Shown one piece after another: positions 16,589 through 25,266 of a stretch of 64,000 nt of DNA. Source of the DNA: an uncultured Clostridia bacterium (GTDB taxonomy: Bacteria > Bacillota > Clostridia > Oscillospirales > Oscillospiraceae); assembly GCA_946547105.1 (NCBI GenBank), contig CAMNOV010000002.1, positions 5,055 through 69,054 of the forward strand. Reading direction: 5' to 3'. The translations under genes were made by a program, and so were the position numbers. Numbering within the stretch: position 1 is the first letter of the stretch; every line of letters starts with the position of its first letter. Below the pieces are notes generated by a model, which saw only the letters and a program-made list of their open reading frames with translations, did no database searches and had not been told where the DNA came from.

Positions 16589-17719
16589 ATGAAGATCCTC
16601 TTTGTAGCCACGGTGCTCAGCCATATCTGCCAATTCCATCTGCCCTATCTGCGGATGCTGAAGGAGCAGGGGCATGAGATCCACGTGGCGGCTCATGATA
16701 ATTTGGCAGTAAAAAACGGCCTGCAGCTTCGCTATGCGGACAATCATATTGAAATTCCCTTTGAGCGTTCGCCCTTCGACCGCAGAAATATCAAGGCGTA
16801 TCGTCGGCTGAAAGAACTGATCGACGGGGGAAACTATGACCTCATCGTCTGCAATACGCCGGTGGGCGGCATTTTGACCCGTCTGGCGGCGAGGAAGGCG
16901 AGAAAACAGGGAACGAAGGTCGTTTATATCGCCCACGGCTTCCACTTCTTCCGGGGTGCACCGCGAAAGAACTGGCTGCTGTATTACCCGCTGGAAAAGC
17001 ATTTCGCCCGCCTTTGCGACATGGTGATCACGATCAACGAGGAAGATTATCAACTGGCGAAAAGCTGCGTCCCCGGGCGCGTGGAGCACATCCACGGCAT
17101 CGGCGTCGACGGAAACCGCTATCATCCGGCAAGTAAGGAAGAGCAGGGCGTTATGCGGCAGAAAGAGGGCCTGTCCGGGGAGGACTTTGTCGTCCTCTGT
17201 ACGGGCGAGCTCAACGAGAACAAAAATCAGAAAACGCTGATTGCCGCTGCGGCGATGCTGAAGGAGAGAATCCCTCATTTGAAGGTTCTTTTGGGCGGCA
17301 ACGGCCCCAAGGAGCAGGAGCTGAAAGCTCAGGTCCGGGAGCTCGGGCTGGAGGAGACGGTCCGGTTTCTCGGTTACCGCACTGACCTTGAGCGGGTTGT
17401 CCCGGCGGTCGATGTGGTCGTTTCCTGCAGCAGGCGCGAGGGCCTGCCTCTGAATATCGTCGAGGCAATGCTGTGTGAAAAACCGATCGTTGCATCGACT
17501 AATCGCGGGCACCGGGAACTTGTCAAAGACGGAGCCACCGGCTTTCTGCTTGCCCCGGATGACGCCGCCGGCTTTGCTGATCGGATTAAAAAGCTAAATG
17601 ATGATCAAGAACTGAGAAAAATGTTTGGCAGCAAGGGGTTAAGCAGAGCGCAGGCATATACAGTCAGCAGGGTTCAAAAAGAATTACAGATGATAATCGA
17701 TAACTGCGTACTATCTTAA
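16589..17719 (+). CDS. GT4-family glycosyltransferase
   Basis: 'MKILFVATV..H...F.LPYLRML.EQGHEIHV' N-domain and 'E(G)LPLNIVEAM.C.KPIV.S....RELV.DG.TGFL' C-domain carrying the EX7E region. Confidence 0.85.
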   Translation: MKILFVATVLSHICQFHLPYLRMLKEQGHEIHVAAHDNLAVKNGLQLRYADNHIEIPFERSPFDRRNIKAYRRLKELIDGGNYDLIVCNTPVGGILTRLAARKARKQGTKVVYIAHGFHFFRGAPRKNWLLYYPLEKHFARLCDMVITINEEDYQLAKSCVPGRVEHIHGIGVDGNRYHPASKEEQGVMRQKEGLSGEDFVVLCTGELNENKNQKTLIAAAAMLKERIPHLKVLLGGNGPKEQELKAQVRELGLEETVRFLGYRTDLERVVPAVDVVVSCSRREGLPLNIVEAMLCEKPIVASTNRGHRELVKDGATGFLLAPDDAAGFADRIKKLNDDQELRKMFGSKGLSRAQAYTVSRVQKELQMIIDNCVLS

Positions 17720-17746
17720 AGTAAGTCAGAAAACGGGGGATATTGA

Positions 17747-18871
17747 ATGGCGGAGCCGATACGGGTGCTTCACGTTATAGCCGGCATGGGGAGCGGTGGA
17801 GCAGAGTCATTTCTGATGAATATGTGTCGTCATATTGACCGGGATAAGGTTCAATTTGACTTCCTTCTGCGCAGTAATGAAAATATATATACTAAAGAAC
17901 TTGAATCAATGGGCTGCCGGGTTTACTATACGGCTTCTTTTCCGCGCCATTGGCTCAAAAATTTTCTGCAGACATGGAGAATTATAAAGCAGAATCATTA
18001 TAAAATCATTCACGTCCATGCTAATGCTCTACTGTATGTTTTTCCTTTGATTATAGCAAAAAAGCTTAACGTTCCCTGCAGAATCATGCATAGTCATAAT
18101 TCGTCCATGGCCTATAAAAGTGCGCTTCCGATCCATCAGTTTTTTAAAAGTCGGATCAATAGAATCGCTACGCATTGTTTTGCTTGCTCCATGCAGGCAG
18201 GAGAATGGATGTTTTCAGGGCAATACCAGATTATTTGCAACGCCATAGAGGTCGAAAAGTTTCGTTTTGATTCGATGGCAAGAGACAGGATTCGGGCTGA
18301 ATGGAACCTTCCTAAAGACGCAATGGTTATTGGTCATGTCGGCAGGTTTTGGGAACAGAAGAATCATGCTTTTCTCCTGCATGTTTTTTCCAAGGTGCTC
18401 CAGCAGAAACCGAATGCTTATTTGGTGTTGATCGGAGAAGGCGGGCTGGAACAGCAGATCAAAGATCTTGCGTGCAAGTTAGGTTTGAGTGAACACGTTA
18501 TTTTTGCCGGCGTCCGTAAAGACGTTAATAAAGCGCTGAGTGCCTTTGACGTTTTTGCGTTTCCGTCGATTTATGAAGGATTAAGCGTTGTCGTTATTGA
18601 GGCCCAGACAAATGGTTTGCCTTTGATTTGCTCGGAAGCTACGCCAAAATCTGTCCTATTTTCGCCTTATTCAGAGCAAATTCCCCTGGACTACGGTGAA
18701 GATACTTGGTGTCAAAAACTGTTGTCTGTCGGAGGACATAGATGCGATGTGTCAAACGCTATCCGCCAAGCAGGTTATGACATTAGAATAGAAGCTAAAA
18801 AGCTACAGGATTTTTATTGTGAGATTGGACAAAGTTACCGCATAGTTGAAGAGGGAAGAGATGAACACTAA
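17747..18871 (+). CDS. GT4-family glycosyltransferase
   Basis: 'IRVLHVIAGMGSGGAESFLMN' plus 'FAFPSIYEGLSVVVIEAQTNGLPLI.SE'. Confidence 0.85.
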   Translation: MAEPIRVLHVIAGMGSGGAESFLMNMCRHIDRDKVQFDFLLRSNENIYTKELESMGCRVYYTASFPRHWLKNFLQTWRIIKQNHYKIIHVHANALLYVFPLIIAKKLNVPCRIMHSHNSSMAYKSALPIHQFFKSRINRIATHCFACSMQAGEWMFSGQYQIICNAIEVEKFRFDSMARDRIRAEWNLPKDAMVIGHVGRFWEQKNHAFLLHVFSKVLQQKPNAYLVLIGEGGLEQQIKDLACKLGLSEHVIFAGVRKDVNKALSAFDVFAFPSIYEGLSVVVIEAQTNGLPLICSEATPKSVLFSPYSEQIPLDYGEDTWCQKLLSVGGHRCDVSNAIRQAGYDIRIEAKKLQDFYCEIGQSYRIVEEGRDEH

Positions 18872-19841
18872 GTATTCTGTGATTATCCCTGTATACAATG
18901 CGGCTGGCACTCTTCACAGATGTCTTGATAGTCTCGTTGACCAAGCTCAGGGCAGAGCGGAAATCGTTCTGGTCAACGACGGCTCCAAAGATGAAAGCTT
19001 GCGTATCTGTCGGGAATATGAGAGCAAGTATCCCGAAATCAAGGTGATTGATCAGCAAAACGCCGGCGCGTCAGCAGCCAGAAACACTGGTTTGGATGCG
19101 GCCGGAGGAACCTATATCAGCTTCGTTGACAGCGACGACTGTGTACCGGTCAACTACTTTGAATTGCTTGATGAGGCGGGAGACGCTGATTTCGCGATAT
19201 ACGCATATGTCCGTGTTGTGGGAGACAAGCAGATCCCGGTTGACATTCCGCAGAGTATCCTGAAAGAAAACAATCATTATGACAGGATCATTGAGATCGT
19301 CAGGAACCGCTTTGCGGCGCCGTGGAATAAACGGTATAAAAGAAGGATCATAGAAGAGAAAAAGATCCGTTTTAAACAGGATCTGATTATCGGCGAGGAT
19401 TTCCTGTTCGGGTTGACTTATATGCTCTGTTGCCGGAGCAGCTGCGCCTGTGCCGACAGCATTTACTGTGTGGATGAGAGTTCAAGTGCATCGGTTACCA
19501 GAAGCGCCAAATATAATCCGACTCAATTTGTGAAGATCTATGAGTATGCCTTTCCGGTTGTCGAGCAGTGCTCCTGGGATGACATATACCGCGAGCGTTT
19601 GCTGCAGCAGCTGGATTATCTGTTTTGCAGGACTTCTTTCGTGGCTGCGGCTTATCAGCAAAAGACAGAAATCAGTGATTGCTCGCTGAAAGAACTGCTG
19701 CAGGGCTTTTATGATCAAAGCCGCTGGTCCATTCAGCCGTTGAACGCGACGCATGCCCTGATGAAACGCTGTATCAAAAACAAAGCGGCACCGGTATATT
19801 GGGCGGTGTCGTTTATCCGTAATCATCGGGCGGGCAAATAA
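18861..19841 (+). CDS. GT2-family glycosyltransferase
   Basis: Start at ATG 18861 (RBS GAAGAGGGAAGAG), an 11-nt overlap with the upstream gene. 'YSVIIPVYNAAGTLHRCLDSLVDQ', 'VLVNDGSKDES' and 'FVDSDD'. Confidence 0.85.
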   Translation: MNTKYSVIIPVYNAAGTLHRCLDSLVDQAQGRAEIVLVNDGSKDESLRICREYESKYPEIKVIDQQNAGASAARNTGLDAAGGTYISFVDSDDCVPVNYFELLDEAGDADFAIYAYVRVVGDKQIPVDIPQSILKENNHYDRIIEIVRNRFAAPWNKRYKRRIIEEKKIRFKQDLIIGEDFLFGLTYMLCCRSSCACADSIYCVDESSSASVTRSAKYNPTQFVKIYEYAFPVVEQCSWDDIYRERLLQQLDYLFCRTSFVAAAYQQKTEISDCSLKELLQGFYDQSRWSIQPLNATHALMKRCIKNKAAPVYWAVSFIRNHRAGK

Positions 19842-19917
19842 TAAATGCGTTCGTCGGTGATTGCACAGCCGGTTAGAGGGAGCTGTACCGCATAAAAACC
19901 TTCAGGAGGTCTGTGAA

Positions 19918-20766
19918 ATGGGTAATACACTGCGTGAACTGCAGCTTTGTGAACTTCAGATATTGAAAGATGTCAGGATAATCTTTGAGCGACACGGTCT
20001 GAAGTACTATCTCAGTGGAGGAACGCTTCTCGGTGCCGTGAGACACAAAGGTTTTATCCCCTGGGATGATGACATCGATATTATGATGCCGTATGAAGAC
20101 TACCGACGGTTTCTGGAAGTAGCGCAGGAAGAACTGGGAGACAAATATTTTGTTCAGAACAGTGAAACCGATCCAAGCTATGCTTTCGCATACACGCACA
20201 TCAGAAAAAATAATACAACAGTATTAAGTGAGTGGGATAAATTATACTTCTCTCACCACGGAGCATGGATTGATATAACACCGTTAGTACATGTAAAAGG
20301 TAAAAGAGATCGCCGTTTCAAAAATTTTCTTCTTCGAATTTGCTATTTCCTCATCATGGAAGAGAATGCTTTCAAAGTTACTGAGGAATGGCTGGTGAAA
20401 CAGAGCAGCGCAAGAATGGTACGCTTGGTCAAGCTGGTGCGGAAACTGCCGGAATCGCTGCGGAGATGGATCCGAAAAAGACTGCTGCACGTGGTCATAT
20501 ATGAAAAACGGGGCAAGCTCATCAGCTTTATCTGGTCAAGGCTGTCCGTGCCCATTCCGGCCGAGGCCTATGAAGGAGAGCCAGTTTTGCTTCCGTTTGA
20601 AGACGACGTTTTTCCAGCTCCAAAGGGTTATGAGCAGTTCCTAACCATGTCTTATGGAGACTATATGACGCCTCCACCGCCAGAAAGACAGAATGGCGGG
20701 CATGGAGCAAAACTGACCATCGATCTTGAGCACGATTGGACAGAGTATTGTAATGATTTGAATTGA
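19918..20766 (+). CDS. licD: LicD-family phosphotransferase (copy 1)
   Basis: Start at ATG 19918 (RBS AGGAGGtctgtgaa). 'LSGGTLLGAVRHKGFIPWDDDIDIMMP' and C-terminal 'YGDYMTPPPPE' are LicD hallmarks. Confidence 0.85.
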   Translation: MGNTLRELQLCELQILKDVRIIFERHGLKYYLSGGTLLGAVRHKGFIPWDDDIDIMMPYEDYRRFLEVAQEELGDKYFVQNSETDPSYAFAYTHIRKNNTTVLSEWDKLYFSHHGAWIDITPLVHVKGKRDRRFKNFLLRICYFLIMEENAFKVTEEWLVKQSSARMVRLVKLVRKLPESLRRWIRKRLLHVVIYEKRGKLISFIWSRLSVPIPAEAYEGEPVLLPFEDDVFPAPKGYEQFLTMSYGDYMTPPPPERQNGGHGAKLTIDLEHDWTEYCNDLN

Positions 20767-20917
20767 CATTTTTGTTTTTTCATATCTATAACCCGCCGCC
20801 GGATAAACGGAAGCCGCGCTTCCCGCTTCTCGTCAATTTCGAGCGGGAGTATGATTCGTCTGAAGAAGGCGGATTTAAATGGGAAAAAGTTTTTTGAAAT
20901 ATTGATTGGTAGTTATT

Positions 20918-21757
20918 ATGAGTAAAGTAATTAGCATTCCGAAGGAAGATATGCATAAAATGCATTTAATGCAATTGGAAATGCTTTCGGAATTGGACCG
21001 CGTCTGCAGACAAAATAATATAAATTATACAATATGTAACGGGACCTTGCTTGGTGCAGTCAGACACGGAGGATATATTCCGTGGGATGATGACGCCGAC
21101 ACAATGATGTTGAGAGAAGACTATGAGAGATTCAAGGAATGCTCTAATCAGTTGGACCCTAGTATCTGCTTCTTTCAGGATAATTCTACAGATCCCGGAT
21201 ATCGATGGGGATATGGAAAATTAAGAAGAACTGGTACATCTTATGTTAGAGCTGGCCAAGAGCATCTTAAAGGGAAAACAGGTGTCTTTATTGATATTTT
21301 CCCCGCAGATGATATTCCCAATTCAAAAACCGGGGCTGAATTTCAACGTTTTTTTGCTTATGTTGCCAGAAAGATTCTATATTCGGAAGTTGCCAAGAAG
21401 AATACAACTGGAATAAAAAAATATTGGTTCCAACTTTTGTCATGTGTTTCTCCCCAAAATGTATTTAAAATGATGGAGATTTATACAAACAAAAGCAGAA
21501 ACAGTAGCAATAATAGAGTTACAGCCCTGTTTATGCCAATCAGTAAGCATGTTGATCCATATTCAGGAGAGCTTCTCTATGGAAGACCAAAAAAATGGTT
21601 ATTAGAATTAGATAATTATCAATTTGAAAATTTGAACCTCATTGGCCCTAAAGATTATGATAAATGTCTGAGATGGCAATATGGTGACGATTATATGACT
21701 CCGCCGCCAGAAGACAAACGTGGTCAGCATGCACCGGTATCAAGTTATTCGCTTTGA
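20918..21757 (+). CDS. licD: LicD-family phosphotransferase (copy 2)
   Basis: 'CNGTLLGAVRHGGYIPWDDDADTMM' and 'YGDDYMTPPPED'. Confidence 0.85.
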   Translation: MSKVISIPKEDMHKMHLMQLEMLSELDRVCRQNNINYTICNGTLLGAVRHGGYIPWDDDADTMMLREDYERFKECSNQLDPSICFFQDNSTDPGYRWGYGKLRRTGTSYVRAGQEHLKGKTGVFIDIFPADDIPNSKTGAEFQRFFAYVARKILYSEVAKKNTTGIKKYWFQLLSCVSPQNVFKMMEIYTNKSRNSSNNRVTALFMPISKHVDPYSGELLYGRPKKWLLELDNYQFENLNLIGPKDYDKCLRWQYGDDYMTPPPEDKRGQHAPVSSYSL

Positions 21758-21781
21758 TCATTGTTTAGCAAGGAGCTCAAC

Positions 21782-23050
21782 ATGAAGAACTGCGCAGGAA
21801 AAAGGCTTTTGCTTCTTGGCGGAAGCCATCCGTACTACAAAGTCGCAAAAGCAGCAAAAAAATACGGTATTCAAGTGGCCGTTGTTGATCAAAACGCCTC
21901 GGAAGAAGTACTCAGCATCTCCGATGACTATCTAAAATGTAGCCTATTGGATGTTGATACAATCAGCGATTGGTGCCTGAAGAACCCGGTTGATGGAGTA
22001 CTCAATTTCTGTATTGATTTTGCACAGAAGACTTATCTGGACATCTGTGAGCGTTTTCAATTGCCCTGTCTGTATACAAAAAAACAGGTTTCCGCACTTT
22101 CCGATAAATCAACATTTAAAAACTTGCTTCATGAGTGCGGATTAGAGATTATTAAAACATATTCCGAACAGGATATTTACAGCGATTTTGTGCATTTTCC
22201 GGTTATTGTCAAGCCGTCTGAAGCAAGCGGATCCCGCGGAAGCAAGACATGTTACAATAAAACTGAAGCCATAAAAGCGATAGACAACGCAAAAAAGGAG
22301 TCTCGCAATGGTGAGATCATTATTGAAGAGTTTATAGAAGACGGATCTGAGTTTCAAATCACTTTTTTCGTTCAAGATGGACATGTATGCGTTATTAGAA
22401 CTGCAGACAGTTATGAGGGGGAAAAGCAGTATGGATTAGAGCGCGTTGTATCATGCGCTGTATCGCCTTCTGTTTTTACGGAAGAATACTTCTTGCAAAC
22501 GCATAAGATGGTTCTTGAATTTGTTAGAAGGCTTGGGTTACGTTACGGTCCTTTTTTCATGCAGGGGTTTTATCATCACGGTTCGTTCAAGTTTTTTGAT
22601 CCAGGTTGCCGATTCCCTGGAGTGAATTTTGATTCTGTTTTCATCAGTGAATACGGAGTTGATCTTGCTGAACTGATGGTTGAATTCTCACTTTTTGGTA
22701 CAATGTCCTCTTTTTCGGTCCCGGAGAATATGTATCAATTAAACGGAAAAACAGCTGCAGTTATTTTTCCCTTTATCAAAAAAGGCCAAATTGCATCAGT
22801 TTCTGGTCTGGAGTGGTTGGAGAATAATAAAAGCATCTTTTCTGTATCAAAACGGCATTGTATAGGAGACATAATAGGACAGACTTTAGATGTAAATCAA
22901 CGCTTTGGAGAAATCGATTTAATTGGAGATAATATAGGAAAAATAAAACAACTGATAAACAATATCAATTCAAAACTCCATGTTTATGACCTTTCCGGTA
23001 GCGAAATGACTTATGCTCATTTTAATACAGAGAGGATTCAAAATAATTAA
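21782..23050 (+). CDS. ATP-grasp domain carboxylate-amine ligase-like protein
   Basis: Start at ATG 21782 (RBS AAGGAGctcaac). 'GKRLLLLGGS....KVAKAAKKYGIQVAVVD' is a pre-ATP-grasp Rossmann-like domain; 'FPVIVKPSEASGSRG' and 'IIEEFIEDGSEF' are ATP-grasp motifs. Confidence 0.65.
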   Translation: MKNCAGKRLLLLGGSHPYYKVAKAAKKYGIQVAVVDQNASEEVLSISDDYLKCSLLDVDTISDWCLKNPVDGVLNFCIDFAQKTYLDICERFQLPCLYTKKQVSALSDKSTFKNLLHECGLEIIKTYSEQDIYSDFVHFPVIVKPSEASGSRGSKTCYNKTEAIKAIDNAKKESRNGEIIIEEFIEDGSEFQITFFVQDGHVCVIRTADSYEGEKQYGLERVVSCAVSPSVFTEEYFLQTHKMVLEFVRRLGLRYGPFFMQGFYHHGSFKFFDPGCRFPGVNFDSVFISEYGVDLAELMVEFSLFGTMSSFSVPENMYQLNGKTAAVIFPFIKKGQIASVSGLEWLENNKSIFSVSKRHCIGDIIGQTLDVNQRFGEIDLIGDNIGKIKQLINNINSKLHVYDLSGSEMTYAHFNTERIQNN

Positions 23051-23085
23051 CTTGTTCTAGTTGATGAGTTGTTAGGAGCGTAAAG

Positions 23086-24114
23086 ATGAATAATACTATT
23101 GTCGCAAAACTAATTTCAATGGAAGACATCTTAGCTGCTGGCTGTTTTGATGTTAGCGATACAATTCAGATAATTGAAGATGCCCTGGTCGCATATAAAA
23201 ACGGAAAAGTGTTGTTGCCAGATAAAATATCACAGGTTTTTGATACAAAGACGCAAAATAGAATCAATTGTATGCCAGCGACTCTTCTGGATGAAAGAGT
23301 ATGCGGAGTAAAGTGGGTTTCTGTTTTTCCCGGTAATCCTGTCCAGTATAGTTGTCCAAATGTTTCAGGAACGATTATCCTTTCTGAGTTGGAAAAAGGA
23401 TATCCGTTTGCTATTATGGACGGAACCTTTATTACTGCTTTTCGCACTGCTTGTATGGGCGCTATTGGCACTAAATATTTGGCCAAGAATCACTGTGAAG
23501 TTCTCGGAATAATAGGAAGCGGTGAACAAGCCAAGATGCATTTGATTACTATAAAGACTGTGCATCCAGAAATAAAACTGTGTCGGGTTGCCTCTCGAAG
23601 CATAGAAAGCGAAAAGCGATTTGTTCAGCAGATGCAGCAACGCTTTCCGGATATGCTTTTTGAAACTTGCTGCTCCGACTATGAAATGGCCTCGTCCGGG
23701 GCGGATATAATTGTTACAGCGGTCAGCTGCCAAGCACCGTTATTGAAGGCAAGAACAATAAAAAAAGGTGCGCATTATTGTCATGTGGCTGGTTGGGAGG
23801 ATGAATTAGAGGTGCCTCTTATGGCAGACAAAATCGTTTGTGATCAGTGGGAAGCTGTAAAGCATCGTACTCAAACGATCAGCCAATTATATAAACTTGG
23901 ACGGCTAAAGGACGCAGATATTTATTCCGATATTGTTGACATCATAGATGGAACAGTGCCGGGCCGTGAGACAGACGATGAATTTACATATTTTAATTCG
24001 GTTGGTCTTGCATACATAGATGTAGCGGTTGCTTATCATTTCTATAAAAAGGTTCTTTCTAGAGGACTTGGCATAGACTGGAAAATGAAGAGCAGCAATT
24101 TCTTAGAACAATAA
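23086..24114 (+). CDS. ornithine cyclodeaminase / mu-crystallin family dehydrogenase (SbnB/opine-dehydrogenase-like)
   Basis: '...AFRTACMGAIGTKYLAK......GIIGSGEQAKMHL' is the typical OCD-family Rossmann segment, and the overall length of 342 aa fits the family. Confidence 0.65.
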   Translation: MNNTIVAKLISMEDILAAGCFDVSDTIQIIEDALVAYKNGKVLLPDKISQVFDTKTQNRINCMPATLLDERVCGVKWVSVFPGNPVQYSCPNVSGTIILSELEKGYPFAIMDGTFITAFRTACMGAIGTKYLAKNHCEVLGIIGSGEQAKMHLITIKTVHPEIKLCRVASRSIESEKRFVQQMQQRFPDMLFETCCSDYEMASSGADIIVTAVSCQAPLLKARTIKKGAHYCHVAGWEDELEVPLMADKIVCDQWEAVKHRTQTISQLYKLGRLKDADIYSDIVDIIDGTVPGRETDDEFTYFNSVGLAYIDVAVAYHFYKKVLSRGLGIDWKMKSSNFLEQ

Positions 24115-24171
24115 TTGCAAGCACAAAATAGTATCTATCGATCGTCCTAAGAAGAAAAATGGGAGAATCAT

Positions 24172-25245
24172 ATGTTGAATTTTACTGTCGGCCCGGTGAT
24201 GTCGGACGAAAGAGTCCTGGAGATCGCGAGCCATTCGAGTCCATATTTTCGCACGCCGGAGTTTTCCACGCTGATGAAGGAGAACGAAGCGCTGATGCTC
24301 CGCTTCCTGTCGGCGCCGGCGGGCAGCCGCTGCGTGTTTCTGACCAGCTCCGGTACCGGAGCGATGGAATCCCTGGTTATGAACATCCTGAACGACCGGG
24401 ACAAGGTCCTCGTCGTCAACGGCGGCAGCTTCGGCCAGCGCTTTGCGGAGCTCTGCCGGCTGCACAAGAGAAATATGACGGAGATCAAACTCGACTACGG
24501 CCATGCGCTTCGCCGTGAACAGCTGGAGCCCTTTGCCGGCTGCGGATATACCGCGCTGCTGATCAATATGCACGAGACCTCGTCGGGTGTTTTGTATGAT
24601 ATGCCGATGATCTCCTCTTTCTGCAAGGAGCAGGGGATCCTCCTGCTCGTGGATGCGATCAGCGCCTTCCTGGCGGACGAGCTTGACATGACGGCTCTCG
24701 GCGCTGCGGCGGTGATCACCGGCTCGCAGAAGGCGCTGGCGGTGCAGCCGGGCATTTCCGTCGTCGCGCTTGCCCCGGCCGCGCTGGAACGAGTGGCTGC
24801 GAATGAAGAAGTCTGCATGTATCTGAGCCTGAAGGAAGCGTTGAAAAACGCCGAGCGCGGGCAGACGCCCTTTACTCCCGCGGTGACGACACTGCTGCAG
24901 ATCCACGCCCGGCTGAAACAGATCGAGGCGGACGGCGGACCAGCGGCGGAGCGGCAGAAGATCGCCGGGGTCGCCCGACAGCTGCGGGCGGGGATCGCCG
25001 ATCTGCCGCTGACCAATATCTCGGAGAGCCCCTCCAACGCGGTGACGGCCCTCCATCCCGAAAACGTTCCGGCGACTGAGATCATCCGCGTCCTGAAGGA
25101 CGAGTATCGGATCTGGGCCTGCCCGAACGGCGGCGCGATGGCTGACAAGGTCTTCCGGATCGGGCACATCGGCCACATCACGGAACAGGACAATCAGACG
25201 CTGATCGACGCCCTGCACGACATGAAGAACAGAGGATTGCTGTAA
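24172..25245 (+). CDS. class-V (PLP) aminotransferase
   Basis: 'LNFTVGPVMSDERVL', 'LTSSGTGAMESLVMN' and 'ITGSQKALAVQPGIS' (PLP-Lys region) match the Ser/Ala-glyoxylate, PhnW and SerC type fold-I class V pattern. Confidence 0.75.
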   Translation: MLNFTVGPVMSDERVLEIASHSSPYFRTPEFSTLMKENEALMLRFLSAPAGSRCVFLTSSGTGAMESLVMNILNDRDKVLVVNGGSFGQRFAELCRLHKRNMTEIKLDYGHALRREQLEPFAGCGYTALLINMHETSSGVLYDMPMISSFCKEQGILLLVDAISAFLADELDMTALGAAAVITGSQKALAVQPGISVVALAPAALERVAANEEVCMYLSLKEALKNAERGQTPFTPAVTTLLQIHARLKQIEADGGPAAERQKIAGVARQLRAGIADLPLTNISESPSNAVTALHPENVPATEIIRVLKDEYRIWACPNGGAMADKVFRIGHIGHITEQDNQTLIDALHDMKNRGLL

Positions 25246-25266
25246 CGCGGAAAGAGAGGCTGTTCC

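Noticed and set aside
20767-20917. GC-rich 150-bp island with an imperfect hairpin (cccgcttctcg...cgagcggg) between two licD genes, considered as a small RNA or terminator
   Set aside because: The stem is imperfect and there is no T-tract. It is more likely a fragment left at a recombination junction. It is noted under the mosaic finding rather than called as a feature.
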